From Chiloscyllium plagiosum (lineage: Eukaryota), in contig NC_057718.1 of assembly GCF_004010195.1 (NCBI RefSeq), positions 77,727,204 through 77,747,203 on the forward strand: DNA of 20,000 nucleotides, read 5' to 3'. The notes beneath the pieces were generated by a model. It made no database searches. It worked only from the letters and a program-made list of their open reading frames with translations, and was not told the origin of the DNA. Both the position numbers and the translations under genes were made by a program. Numbering within the stretch: position 1 is the stretch's first letter; every line of letters starts with the position of its first letter. Below are positions 1 to 9,209 of the stretch, piece by piece.

Positions 1-230
1 CTTTATATGTCAAATTTCTCCCTTTCACTGCCTTTGTATCCTCTGCCTTCAAGGCTGCTGCCTCCAGCCCCCTACTGTTGTGTCTCCCAAGGTCCTACTT
101 TCCCGGGACTTTAGGCTCCATCAGATTACTTCTCTGCTTGCTCCAGTTGTGCAAGGGATAGCAAGTGGGATTATGTACAGTAGACTGCAAGCCTTCACCA
201 GACTGATCCAATCATCACAATCTCACTTTC

Positions 231-790
231 AGGAAAATTGAAGGGATTGAAGGTGGATAAATCCCCAGGGCCCCAGAGTTCTTAAAGAAGTGGCTCTAAA
301 AATAATGGAGGGCAATGCAGATTACATTGGTGGTCATCTTCCAAGAACCTACTGACTCTGGAAGAATGTCTGCAGGTTGAAGGGGAGCTAATGTTACACT
401 AATATTCAGAAAGGGAGGTAGAGAGAAATCAGGGTAGATACAGAGAAGATGTTCCCATTGGTGAGTGCGTCCAGAACCAGAGGTTACAGTTTGAGGATTT
501 GGGATGGACCATTTAGGATGAGATAAGGAAACATTTCTTCACCCAAAGAGTGGTGAGCCTGTGGAATTTATTACACAGAAAGTATTTGATGCCAAAGCAT
601 TGAATGTATTCAAGGGGCAGCTAGATATATCTTTGGGGCAAATGGGACCAAAGATTATGGGGAGAAAGCAGGATTAGGCTATTGAGTTGGATGATCAGCT
701 ATAATCGTGATGAATAGCAGAACAGGCTTGAAGAGCCAAATGGCCTCCTCCTGCTCCTATCTTTTATGATTCTATGTTTCAATGTTTCTA
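231..790 (+). mobile_element. CR1-type LINE remnant with a large internal deletion (pre-RT region joined to ORF2 C-terminus and 3' UTR)
   Basis: 231-430 encodes degenerate KLKGLKVDKSPGP..VLKEVA...ANVTLIFRKGGREK. From ~431 it reads RVDTEKMFPLVSASRTRGYSLRI...FFTQRVVSLWN, then the CR1 tail tggcctcctcctgctcctat with degenerate short repeats (tctatgtt) ending ~790. Confidence 0.85.
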
Positions 791-1015
791 AGAGTCTCCC
801 CAACTACCAATCCATGTCATTCAGTCCGCTGACTCTCCCCCAAACTCTGCCTGCTTCAACCAACTTGGACAGAGACGCCCCAATAATGATGACCAGAACC
901 CTGACTGATTTGCATGCATTTCCTCAACAAGACAACCCACTAATCCCCTGACTGGCTGCACTAGACATGCACGACTGATTGTGGCCCACTCCCCGGACTA
1001 GGGAGTCTCCCTGCT
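791..1015. repeat. Highly degenerate ~20-25 bp tandem-like repeat (core roughly GACTCCCCTGACTG)
   Basis: Recurring variants gactctccccc, gacgcccc, gaaccctgactg, atcccctgactgg, actccccggact, gtctccctg. Similar units recur at ~1848-1870 and ~3165-3230. Confidence 0.4.
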
Positions 1016-1034
1016 ATAGGAAGGCTGTTGCAAA

Positions 1035-1835
1035 ACTTGTAAGGATTCAGAAAAGGATGTTACCAGGATTAGAGTTTTGAGCTATAGGGAGAGGCTGAAT
1101 ATGCTGGGGCTGGTTTTGCTGGACCATCTGAGGCTGAGAGGTGACCTTGTAGAGGTTTATAAAATCACGAGGGGCAAGGAGAGGGGGAATTGAACCTTGG
1201 ACCCTGGTGCTGGTTAGCACTGCTGCCTCACAGAACCAGGGTCCCAGGTTCGATTCCAGCCTCGGGCAACTGTCTTTGTGGAATTTGCACGTTCTCCCTG
1301 TGTCTATGTGGATTTCCTCCAGGTGCTCCGGTTTCCTCCCACAGTCCAAAGATGTGCAGGTCAGGTGAATTGGCCATGCTAAATTGCCCATAGTGTTAGA
1401 TGCATTAGTCAGAGGGAAATGGATCTGGGTGGGTTGCTCTTCGTAGGGTCAGTGTGGACTTGTTGGGCCGAAGGGCCTGTTTCCACACTGTAAGGAATCT
1501 AATCTAAGCTAATCTAATCTAATCTTTTCCTCAGGGTAGCAGAGTCCAAAACTAAAGGGCAAAAGTTTAAAGTGCGAGGAGAGAGATTTAAAAGGGACGT
1601 AAAGGGTAACTTTTTCACGCAGAAGATGGTGCGTGTATGGAATGAGCTGCCAAAGCAAGAGGTGGAGGCCTAGTTGCAACATTTAAATGGCATCTGGATG
1701 GGTATTTGAATAGGAAGAGTTTGGTGGGATATGGGCCAAGTGCTGGCAAATGGGACTAGATTTGGATATCTGTTCAGCATGGATGAGTTGGACTGAAGGG
1801 TCTGTTGCCAAGTTGTACAGCTCTGTAACTCTGAC
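1035..1835 (+). mobile_element. 5'-truncated CR1 LINE 3' end, interrupted by an HE1 SINE
   Basis: Degenerate SYRERLN.LGL...RLRGDL.EVYKI.RG before the SINE and FP..ESKT.G...FFTQ.MVRVWNELP after it. 3' UTR with tgctggcaaatgggactag and a ctctgtaactctgact tail. Confidence 0.85.
1211..1525 (+). mobile_element. HE1-type tRNA-derived SINE (V-SINE superfamily), copy 1, 5' end rearranged
   Basis: tggttagcactgctgcctcacag head, B box ggttcgattcc (1247-1257), core ggtttcctcc..gtgctccggtttcctcccacagtccaaagatgtgc, tail gggccgaagggcctgtttccacactg + (TAATC)n. Homologous to 2626-2926 and 14055-14382. Confidence 0.9.
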
Positions 1836-1887
1836 TACGGTGAGATGGACTCCCTGACCAGACTATGCCAAGTAGATGTCTGAGCTT

Positions 1888-3163
1888 AACCCAGTGGATG
1901 TTATCTACCTATACTTCCAAAAGGCCTTTGATAAGGTGCCACACGGGAGGCTGCTGAGCAAGGTGAGGGCCCATGGTGTTCGAGGTGAGCTACTGGTATG
2001 GATTGAGGATTGGCTGTCTGCAGAAGGATCTAGACAGTTTGGAAGAGTGGTCCAGGAAATGGCTGATGGAATTCAATGTGAGCAAATGCGAGGTCTTGCA
2101 CTTTGGAAAAAAGAATACAAACATGGACTACTTTCTAAACGGTGAGAAATATTGTAAAGCCAAAGTACAGAGGGATCTGGGAGTGCTAGTTGAGGATTCT
2201 CTAAAGGTAAACATGCAGGTTGAGTCCGTGATTAAGAAAACAAATGCAATGTTGTCAATTATCTCAAGAAGGTTGGAATATAAAAGCACTGTTGTGCTAC
2301 TGAGACTTTATAAAGCTCTGGTTAGGCCCCATTTGGAGTACTGTGTCCAGTTTTGGTCCCCACACCTCAGGAAGGACATACTGGCACTGGAGTGTGTCCA
2401 GCGGAGATTCACACGGATGATCCCTGGAATGGTAGGTCTAACATATGAGGAACGGCTGAGGATCCTGGCATTGTATTCATTGGAGTTTAGAAGATTAAGG
2501 AGAGATCTAATAGAAACTTACAAGATAATACATGGCTTGGAGAGGGAGGACGCTAGGAAATTGTTTCCGTTAGGCGAGGAGACTAGGACCCGTGGACACA
2601 GCCTCAGAATTAGAGGGGGTAAATTGTGGGCGGCACAGTGGCACAGTGGTTAGCACTGCTGCCTCACAGCGCCAGAGAACCGGGTTCAATTCCCGACTCA
2701 GGCGACTGACTGTGTGGAGTTTGCACATTCTCCCCGTGTCTGCGTGGGTTTCCTCCGGGTGCTCCGGTTTCCTCCCACAGTCCAAAGATGTGCGGGTCAG
2801 GTGAATTGGCCATGCTAAATTGCCCGTAGTGTTAGGTTGTAGGGGTATGGGTGGGTTGCGCTTCGGTGGGTCGGTGTGGACTTGTTGGGCCGAAGGGCCT
2901 GTTTCCACACTGCAAGTAATCTAATCTAAATTCAGAACAGAAATGCGGAGACATTTCTTCAGCCACAGAGTGCAGTGGAGGCTAGGACGCTAAATGTCTT
3001 CAAGGCAGAAATTGATAAGTTCTTGATGTCACAAGGAATTAAGGGCTACGGGGAGAATGCAGGTAAGTGGAGTTGAAATGCCCATCAGCCATGATTGAAT
3101 GGCGGAGTGGACTCGATGGGCCGAATGGCCTTACTTCCGCTCCTATGTCTTATGGTCTTATGG
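1888..3163 (+). mobile_element. CR1 LINE ORF2 (RT) remnant lacking the catalytic core, with nested HE1 SINE
   Basis: PVDVIYLYFQKAFDKVPH...WIEDWL jumps at ~2020 to LQKDLDSLEEWS..W.MEFNVSKCEVLHFG...LYKALVRPHLEYCVQFWSP (ORFs 1876-2145 and 1973-2653). No QGSVLGP or FADD motif. Tail gggccgaatggccttacttccgctcctat + tcttatgg repeats ending 3163. Confidence 0.93.
2626..2926 (+). mobile_element. HE1 SINE copy 2, full length, probable 6-bp TSD (taaatt)
   Basis: A-box-like tggcacagtgg and B box ggttcaattccc, many CpGs retained, TAATC tail. taaatt at 2620-2625 and 2927-2932. Removing the insert restores CR1 reading RGGKFRTEMRRHFFS. Confidence 0.93.
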
Positions 3164-3313
3164 ACAAATCCCTGGACTATCTGAAGACACTGGCCTTGTC
3201 TGTACTGGGACCCCCTGACTGACCATAGGCCTCCTTGAGGTAACTAAGGACTACAACTTCCAACTTTGTTTCAACTTTGACATGTGACAATTTGCAGTGT
3301 CCTTATCTCACAG

Positions 3314-3345
3314 GGAGTGTTGATTCAGCTCACAGCTAAACTGAG
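3314..3345 (+). CDS. Candidate host-gene exon A (32 nt, GVLIQLTAKL + 2 nt)
   Basis: Acceptor gtccttatctcacag| and donor GAG|gtaacg in non-repeat sequence. Ends in phase 2, matching exon B. An alternative in-frame acceptor tttgcag| would start at 3298. Confidence 0.5.
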
Positions 3346-3559
3346 GTAACGCAGGAGTACTGTGTTCCTTTAAATTGTGGCTGAAGTGACAAAAAGGCAT
3401 CACAAGGCAGGAGTGCTCTGAGCATGCTAGTTGAGTGAGCGCTAAGACAGCAAGTGTGCATCCCTGATATACAGCCTTGTATAATCCAGGAGTTAGGACC
3501 CTGTCTGTGCAGCAAAATGACCTTTCAGCAGTTTCCGATGAAAAGTGCAAAATTCACAG

Positions 3560-4138
3560 AGACATAGATTCATACAACTTAGAAGTGGACCCCTCAGTCT
3601 AACTCATCTGCCCTAACCAGACATCCCAATCTGACCTAGTCCCATTTGCCAGCATTTGTCCCTTCACACTCGAAACCCTTCCTATTCATGTACTCATCCA
3701 GGTGCCTTTTAAGTGTTGTGATTATACCAGCCTCCACCAAGGCCTCTGTCAGCTCGTTCCTTATATGCACCACCCTCTGCATGAAAAACATTACCCCTCA
3801 GGTTCTTTTTAAATTTTTCTCTCGTGTTAAACCCATACCTTCTAGTTTTGGACTCCCCCACCCTAGGAAAAAGACCTTGGCTATTCACCCTATCCAGCCC
3901 CTTCAAGTTTTTATAAACCTCTAAATGGTCACCTCTCAGCCTCCAACACTCCAGGGAAAAATGCCCCAGTCTATTCAGCCTCTCCTTATAATTCAAACCC
4001 GTGAGTCCTGGCAACATGCTTGTTAATCTTTTGTTCAGGCTCTCAAGTGTAAAAACATCCTTCCTATGGAAGGGTGACCAGAATTCAATGCCGTATTCTA
4101 AAAGTGGTCTCACCAATATCCTGTACAGTTGCACCATG
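3560..4138 (-). mobile_element. 5'-truncated CR1 LINE 3' end (same subfamily as 1035-1835)
   Basis: ORF 3709-4260(-) contains LYRILVRPLLEYGIEFWSP...NYKERLNRLGHFSLECWRLRGDHLEVYK. Reverse strand carries the tgctggcaaatgggactag 3' UTR. Confidence 0.88.
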
Positions 4139-4169
4139 AGCCACAGGGACTCTTCCTGTTGTAGCTGTG

Positions 4170-4318
4170 AAAGGGATCTTGTGGGAACTTGCTGTGTGCA
4201 AATTGATGGTGATGTTCTCCAGACTACCGCAGAGGTCACATGCTGGAGGAAGTACCACATTGATTATGAAACACCTTGCTGGACTGAGGTTGTGAAAGCA
4301 ATATTTAATGGAAGTTCT
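4170..4318 (+). mobile_element. Old degraded 3' part of a Deu-domain SINE (SacSINE1/AmnSINE1-like)
   Basis: tgtgggaacttgctgtgtgcaaattg ... agtaccacattgattatgaaacacctt ... ctgaggttgtgaaagcaatatttaatggaagt resembles my recollection of the DeuSINE tail (gggatcttgctgtgcgcaaattgg...ctgaggttgtgaaaggcgctatataaatgcaagt). Confidence 0.55.
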
Positions 4319-4454
4319 GTTGTGTACCCTGACTAGTGGTAAGGAGCTGGAACAGCATTAATCCTTCAAACTGTTCTCCTATAAAATGAGTTATTGTCAG
4401 TGTATCAGTGAGGCTGGTATATGCCAGTCATCCATGGATGCTGTGTGCATGTAG

Positions 4455-4549
4455 CCACTGCCTTTGTGACGTTACTGTGGAGTTTCCAAGATGGAGGTCC
4501 AGAGGAGCAAGCGACAAGCTGGAGTTGCCAAGTATTCGCTCTGACAATC
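4455..4549 (+). CDS. Candidate host-gene exon B (95 nt, HCLCDVTVEFPRWRSRGASDKLELPSIRSDN)
   Basis: Acceptor tgtgtgcatgtag| (weak pyrimidine tract) and donor C|gtaaga. Phase 2 in, phase 1 out, open frame, several CpGs retained in a CpG-poor background. Confidence 0.55.
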
Positions 4550-4599
4550 GTAAGAATTTCTCAACATCTCGTTTCTCACTGGAAAATTGATAGTAAAGA

Positions 4600-5110
4600 A
4601 AAGTTAAAAGACACATAACACAAGGTTATAGTCCAACAAGTTTATTAAGAAGTACTAGCTTTCAGAGCACTGCTCCTTCATCAGGTAGCTGTGGAACAGG
4701 GTCATAAGACATAGAATTTACAGCAAAAGATTACAGTGTCATGCAGCTGAAATGATATATTGAACAAACCTAGATTGCTGTTAAGTTTTTCATCTTTTAG
4801 AATGGGTTGCAGGTGTCAGTTCATTAATATGTAAATCCCAGAACTTCTTTTAAGTCACATTCTCTAGATAACTTACGATTTATAAAAAAAATAGTGGCAT
4901 CTCAGCTCAGACAATGTATGAAAGGTGTGAGTTTAGAGTCTGTCTGTATCCCAATCTTTCCAAAGTAGGAATTTATAAAATATTACATGGATTGGCTGCT
5001 TGCATTGACTGCCTACAGATTGTGCATCTTTTGAGCAAAATGGAATGTATCTGCAAATATAATTCTGCAAAGGCAAATTCACCCCACAGACTTTGCACAT
5101 TTGCACAGAG
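4600..5110 (-). mobile_element. Non-coding 3'/pseudo-LTR portion of a Penelope-like element (family distinct from the other PLEs here)
   Basis: Minus strand reads cctgatgaaggagcagtgctctgaaagctagtacttcttaataaacttgttggactataacc: hammerhead motif followed by AATAAA, the layout of a PLE 3' end. No RT or GIY-YIG coding is visible and the right boundary is uncertain. Confidence 0.65.
4653..4687 (-). ncRNA. Minimal type I hammerhead ribozyme motif, best-preserved copy
   Basis: RNA UAC-CUGAUGA-A-GGAGC-AGU-GCUCU-GAAA-G-CUA-GUA. Intact core, 5-bp stem II with a G.U at its base, AGCU palindrome in place of helix III, NUH triplet CUA, 3-bp stem I UAC/GUA. Confidence 0.75.
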
Positions 5111-5319
5111 ATAGCACATTTTGGCAATCATTTGGCCAGTGATATGAGATACTGCCGCCAATTTCCCTGTCTGATCACCATTGAGCTCCCTCTATCTATG
5201 ATTGCAATGTTTTGTGAACTTTCCCATTGCTTTGCCCCACCATTGAGACTAAATTTATAGTTGAAAAGTGTGGTGCTGGAAATGCACAGCTGGTCAGGCA
5301 GCATCCGAGGAGCAGGAGA

Positions 5320-5352
5320 ATTGATGTTTCAGGCATAAGTTCTTCATCAGGA
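5320..5352 (-). ncRNA. Degenerate hammerhead motif in the inverted pLTR
   Basis: UC-CUGAUGA-AGAAC-UUAU-GCCU-GAAA-C-AUC. Core boxes intact, stem II mismatched, ACGU palindrome decayed to ACAU. Confidence 0.6.
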
Positions 5353-6381
5353 AGGTGGAGGGAGTGAAGGGGGCGATGAGATATATAGGAGGGTGGGAGT
5401 GGGGCTGGGGGGAAGGCAGCTGGGAAGTTGATAGATAGATGTAGGTGGGAGATGATGGTGATAGGTTGGAGGGGATGGTGGAGCAGATAAGTGGAAAAGA
5501 AGATGGACAGGTAGGACAGTTCAAGAAGGTGGTGCCAAGTTGGAGGGTTGGATCTGGGATGAGGTGGGGGAGGGGAGATGAGGAAATTGGTGAAATTGAT
5601 GTTGATGCTGTGTGGTTGGAGGGTCCCATCCTTATCAGCATTCCGCAAGACCATTTCTTCCGCGACTCCCTTGTTAGGTCCAAGCACCCCACCATCACCA
5701 CACCCCCCAAACCCCCCCCCCCCCCCACTCCCCCCACCAACCTAACCTCCACTACCAGCACCTTCCCTTGCTGCTGCAAGAGCTGTAAAACCTGCGCCCA
5801 CACCTCCCTCCATCCAAGGCCCCAAAGGATCCTTCCACGTCTGGCAGAAAATTTCCTGCACATCTACTATGTCCATTGCTCTCGATGTGGCCTCCCCTAC
5901 ACTGGGGAGACAGGACTCTAATTCGTGGCACGTGTCAGGGAACATCTCTGAGACACATGAACCAAACAGCCCCACACCCTATGGCAGACCACTTCAACTC
6001 CCACTTCCACTCCTCCAAGGACATGCAAGTTCTGGGCCTCTTCCTCTGCCAAATCCAAGCCACCCAACGCCTGGAGGAAGAACGCCTCATTTTCCACCTT
6101 GGGACCTTCCAATCACATGGGATCAATGTCAATTTCACCAGTTTCCTGATCTCCCCTCCCCCCACCTTATCCCAGATCCAACCCACCAACTCAGCACCAT
6201 CCCCTTGAACCGTCCTACCTGCCCATCTTCCTTCCCACCTATCCATTCCACCCTCCACTTCGACCTATCACCATCACCCCACCTGCATCTACTTATTGCC
6301 TTCCCAACTACTATCCCCCCCAGCCGCCTTCCTATTTATCTCCCAGTCCTCTTTCCCACCACCCGCCCCCACACCCCACAT

Positions 6382-6413
6382 TCCTAATGAAGGGATTATG
6401 CCTGAAACATCAA
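6382..6413 (+). ncRNA. Degenerate hammerhead motif in the 3' pLTR (core mutated)
   Basis: UC-CUAAUGA-AGGGA-UUAU-GCCU-GAAA-C-AUC. G5 of CUGAUGA is replaced by A. Confidence 0.55.
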
Positions 6414-6810
6414 CTCTTCTGTATCTCGGTTACTGCCTTACCTGCTGTGCTTTTCCAGCACCACATTTTTTGACTCTGATCTGCAGCTCTCCTTCTCAGA
6501 GTTACTTTATAGTTCTCAAGTTTATGACTTTCATTCCTAAGTCCCAACCTTTTCACCACAAATCTCTTATCCTTTTAAAACCCAGCTATTTGATGAAGCT
6601 TTTAGATTAGCTCATTACCTTGTCAACTGTCTATTTTCTTTTTGCCTCCCTCATTCCTTTATGAAATTACATGAAATGTATTTTCTATGTAAATGGCAAT
6701 TGTCTTCTTACCGATGTATTATGAAAATTAATTCACTTGGTTATAAACAAGTTAATAAATTATGTTTTATCCTGATCTAAAGAGGTAAAGAACTTTCTGG
6801 CAATTCACAG

Positions 6811-6875
6811 AGTGTCATCACAAATATGTTGTTGTGAACGATTCCTGTTCAGCATTCCTTCCAGAATACGTATGA
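6811..6875 (+). CDS. Candidate host-gene exon C (QCHHKYVVVNDSCSAFLPEY, then donor gtatga at 6870 or V-stop at 6873-6875)
   Basis: Acceptor tttctggcaattcacag|. The first 2 nt complete the CAG codon begun by exon B. Open frame with retained CpGs inside AT-rich unique sequence. Confidence 0.55.
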
Positions 6876-7587
6876 GGTTAAGCTCTAATGCCAAGCAGAG
6901 ACACTCTTCACAAGCATGCTATAATGTCCCATGCAAAGGGTACACCTCTCTGTATGGTGTGTTTATATAAATATGATCAATTCAATAATTATGAACATAA
7001 CTATAAATTTAATCCCACCTTCCAGTGTTGGCATCAACCTTTCCTTATGTGGTTTGCCATCTGTTATGGGTGTCAGGTTTAGCTTCCATCCTATTTTTGA
7101 CTTTCAACTCACAAGTCAAAACAAAACCATGGAAAACATACCTATAATTTCATAATCTGTGCTATCAGTGGCCATGGCGGAAAACTAGATGCATTAATTT
7201 AAAGACCAATCCTTGAATTGTACATAACAGCGAAAAACAGACTTGAGTTTCAGGAACAACTTGGTGTTGTACACTGTTTCTCCTTGGACAATGAACCTAT
7301 TGGCAACACAGCTTGGCCTTGTGCAAACAAATTATTGTTGCATTGAATGTTGAAGGCCAACAAATTAATAAATAACTATGTAAACAATAGATATTTGTAC
7401 AGCAGCTCTCACCCATGCTTGGGCTTGTGTCTGTGAATTAACCCACAGAGACAACATCTGACAAGGTTTTTCTGAAAACCGCTGTGCTACACTGGTCATC
7501 TGCACATTTCCAATGCCTTGTTCTGATCTTGCATACAGATTACTGAGATTAATTTTTTTTATGATTATTAACTGTGCTCATTAACCT

Positions 7588-7640
7588 AATTTGCTGATGA
7601 CACAAAGGTAGGTAGGAAAGTGATTTGGTGAAGAGGACCT
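7588..7640 (+). mobile_element. Tiny CR1 RT fragment
   Basis: tttgctgatgacacaaaggtaggtaggaaagtg = FADDTKVGRKV. Confidence 0.5.
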
Positions 7641-8607
7641 GCCGCCAAGGCTCATGATCTACCACGCTTAGCTTCTCCAGTCAACAACTCTCACCCATCT
7701 CATCCTCCACCATTACTTTCCCTTCCTGTCCTCTGGCTAAAAAACTATGCAGACTCCACAGAGTCTGGCAGCTTCCAAGCAAGCACAAAGTCAGTGAACA
7801 TTAAGAAATGAAGCTAAGAGCTATAAGATACATCCTGCGTTGATACACAAGATGCTGTGTTTCCCTGTGCCTAAAGTGACCAGGCAGGAACCTGCAGGTC
7901 AAAGGTACCCCTCAGCCACAAAGTGAAACTCTGAATGGCTAAAGTAGATTCTGAGTTGGTCCAAGATCAGCCATGATAATGTGGGGAGGTTGGTCGTTTG
8001 TCGATGCTGACTTCAGTTTGGGGGCAGTCAGTGCCCTTAGAAAATGCCAAAAGATGTTGGTCAAGAGACCTGAACATGGAGTCCCTAAAGAAGTGATTGG
8101 CGATCTGCATCCATCAGGTAACTGCTCTGACTTGACTGTCAGAATTGATGCCCTCTAGTTTCTCATCGGCACATGGGAGAATTGTAACCTACATTTAAAT
8201 GAGGCAAGATTGACGAATGATGAAATACAAATGCATAGATATAAGGTTTTCATCAATTGTTGGTGAGTGTCTTATTTTGGCATTGAAAAGTCCTGTTTTC
8301 ACTTTAAGCATGCCTTCCATCATGTATGACACAATCACCTTGCTAAATGAAACAGACTTTAAACAGATCAAGCAGTTCAAGTTTGGGTATCCATGATTCT
8401 CAGCAGCATTGAATTACATTCAGTCACAAGCTATAACCTATTGTGCAGCATATTCCCCCACTTCACCATTATCATCATGCCAGAAGATCAATCCTAGTTC
8501 CATGAAGAGTACTGGAGGGCATACTATTAGCAGCAGCAGTCATTCCTAAAAGTGAGGTGTCAAACTCACAAAGCAACAACACAGGACTATTTGCATGCCA
8601 AACAGTA

Positions 8608-9209
8608 GTTCCAACCTAGTTTAATGCATCAGGTGCTCCCGACGTGGTCTTCTCTACATCAGGGAGACCAAACGTAAACTTGGGGAATAGTTCACTGAGT
8701 ATCGTAGCCAGGTCTGCAGGGGTCGACCGGACCTCCCAGTCGCCACCCATTTCAATTCCCCGAACCACTCCCTCTCCAACATGGCCACCCTTGGGCTTCT
8801 CCATTGGGAAAACAAACCACAGCTCCTAATGGAGGAACAACACCTCATCATCTGTCTGGGCACCCTACAGCTCAGAGGACTCAACGTTGAGTTCTCCAAT
8901 TTCAAAAAGCCTCCCTCCCCATTCCCCAACTCCCTTCCCAGCCTCTCCCCACTCCCTTCCACTGCTCCCTGCCACCAACAGGATTCATTCCTCCCATTAA
9001 CCAACCAGGTCGTACCCTCAACTGGTCTTCATCTATCTTCACTTCGCCACCCCTTTATCTGCAGCTCCCCTCACACCCACTCCTGAAGAAGGGTTACATC
9101 CAAAATGTTGACTTCTCCACCTCCTGATGTTGCCTGGCTTGCTGTGTTCTTCAAGCCTCCCTGCCTGTCTACTTTGGATTCCAGCATATGCAGTTTTTTT
9201 CTTGTCTCT
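8608..9209 (+). mobile_element. 5'-truncated Penelope-like element (GIY-YIG C-terminus + pLTR) with 8-bp TSD aaacagta
   Basis: CIRCSRRGLLYIRETKRKLG...VATHFNSPNHS...EEQHLIICLGTLQLRGLNVEFSNFK. aaacagta at 8600-8607 and 9210-9217. Confidence 0.88.
9081..9111 (+). ncRNA. Degenerate hammerhead motif (GAAA box mutated to AAAA)
   Basis: UC-CUGAAGA-A-GGGU-UAC-AUCC-AAAA-U-GUU-GA. Stem II and the short stem I (UC/GA) still pair. Confidence 0.55.

Larger units (their letters stand above)
5259..6487 (+). mobile_element. Penelope-like element: GIY-YIG endonuclease remnant + pseudo-LTR, preceded by an inverted pseudo-LTR copy
   Basis: Degenerate CCCKSCKTC, IYYVHCSRCGLPYTGETG (GIY-YIG motif), PMADHFNS.H, RLEEERLIFHLGTFQSHGINVNF. 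5259-5628 is a diverged reverse complement of 6100-6475. Confidence 0.88.

Noticed and set aside
791..1015. CRISPR-like repeat-spacer array
   Set aside because: Units are too degenerate and irregular, the context is vertebrate, and no cas genes are present.
2626..2700. tRNA gene-like A/B boxes (also at 14055-14125 and 1211-1260)
   Set aside because: They are the tRNA-derived heads of HE1 SINEs, followed by SINE core and tail rather than a tRNA 3' end.
5700..5740. Poly-C tracts with G-quadruplex potential on the minus strand
   Set aside because: Simple homopolymer expansion within the PLE, with no independent evidence of function.
5259..6475. DNA transposon or MITE with long terminal inverted repeats
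   Set aside because: The arms are PLE pLTR plus the endonuclease C-terminus and the interior is GIY-YIG, not a transposase.
5196..6610. Several long Pro/Ser/Gly-rich overlapping ORFs
   Set aside because: They arise from low-complexity C-rich pLTR sequence that is poor in stop codons. Only the GIY-YIG frames have recognisable homology.
7231..7904. Possible bridging micro-exons (7231 onward, 7449-7465, 7753-7789, 7877-7904)
   Set aside because: Weak donors or acceptors. Such AG...GT pairs are expected by chance.
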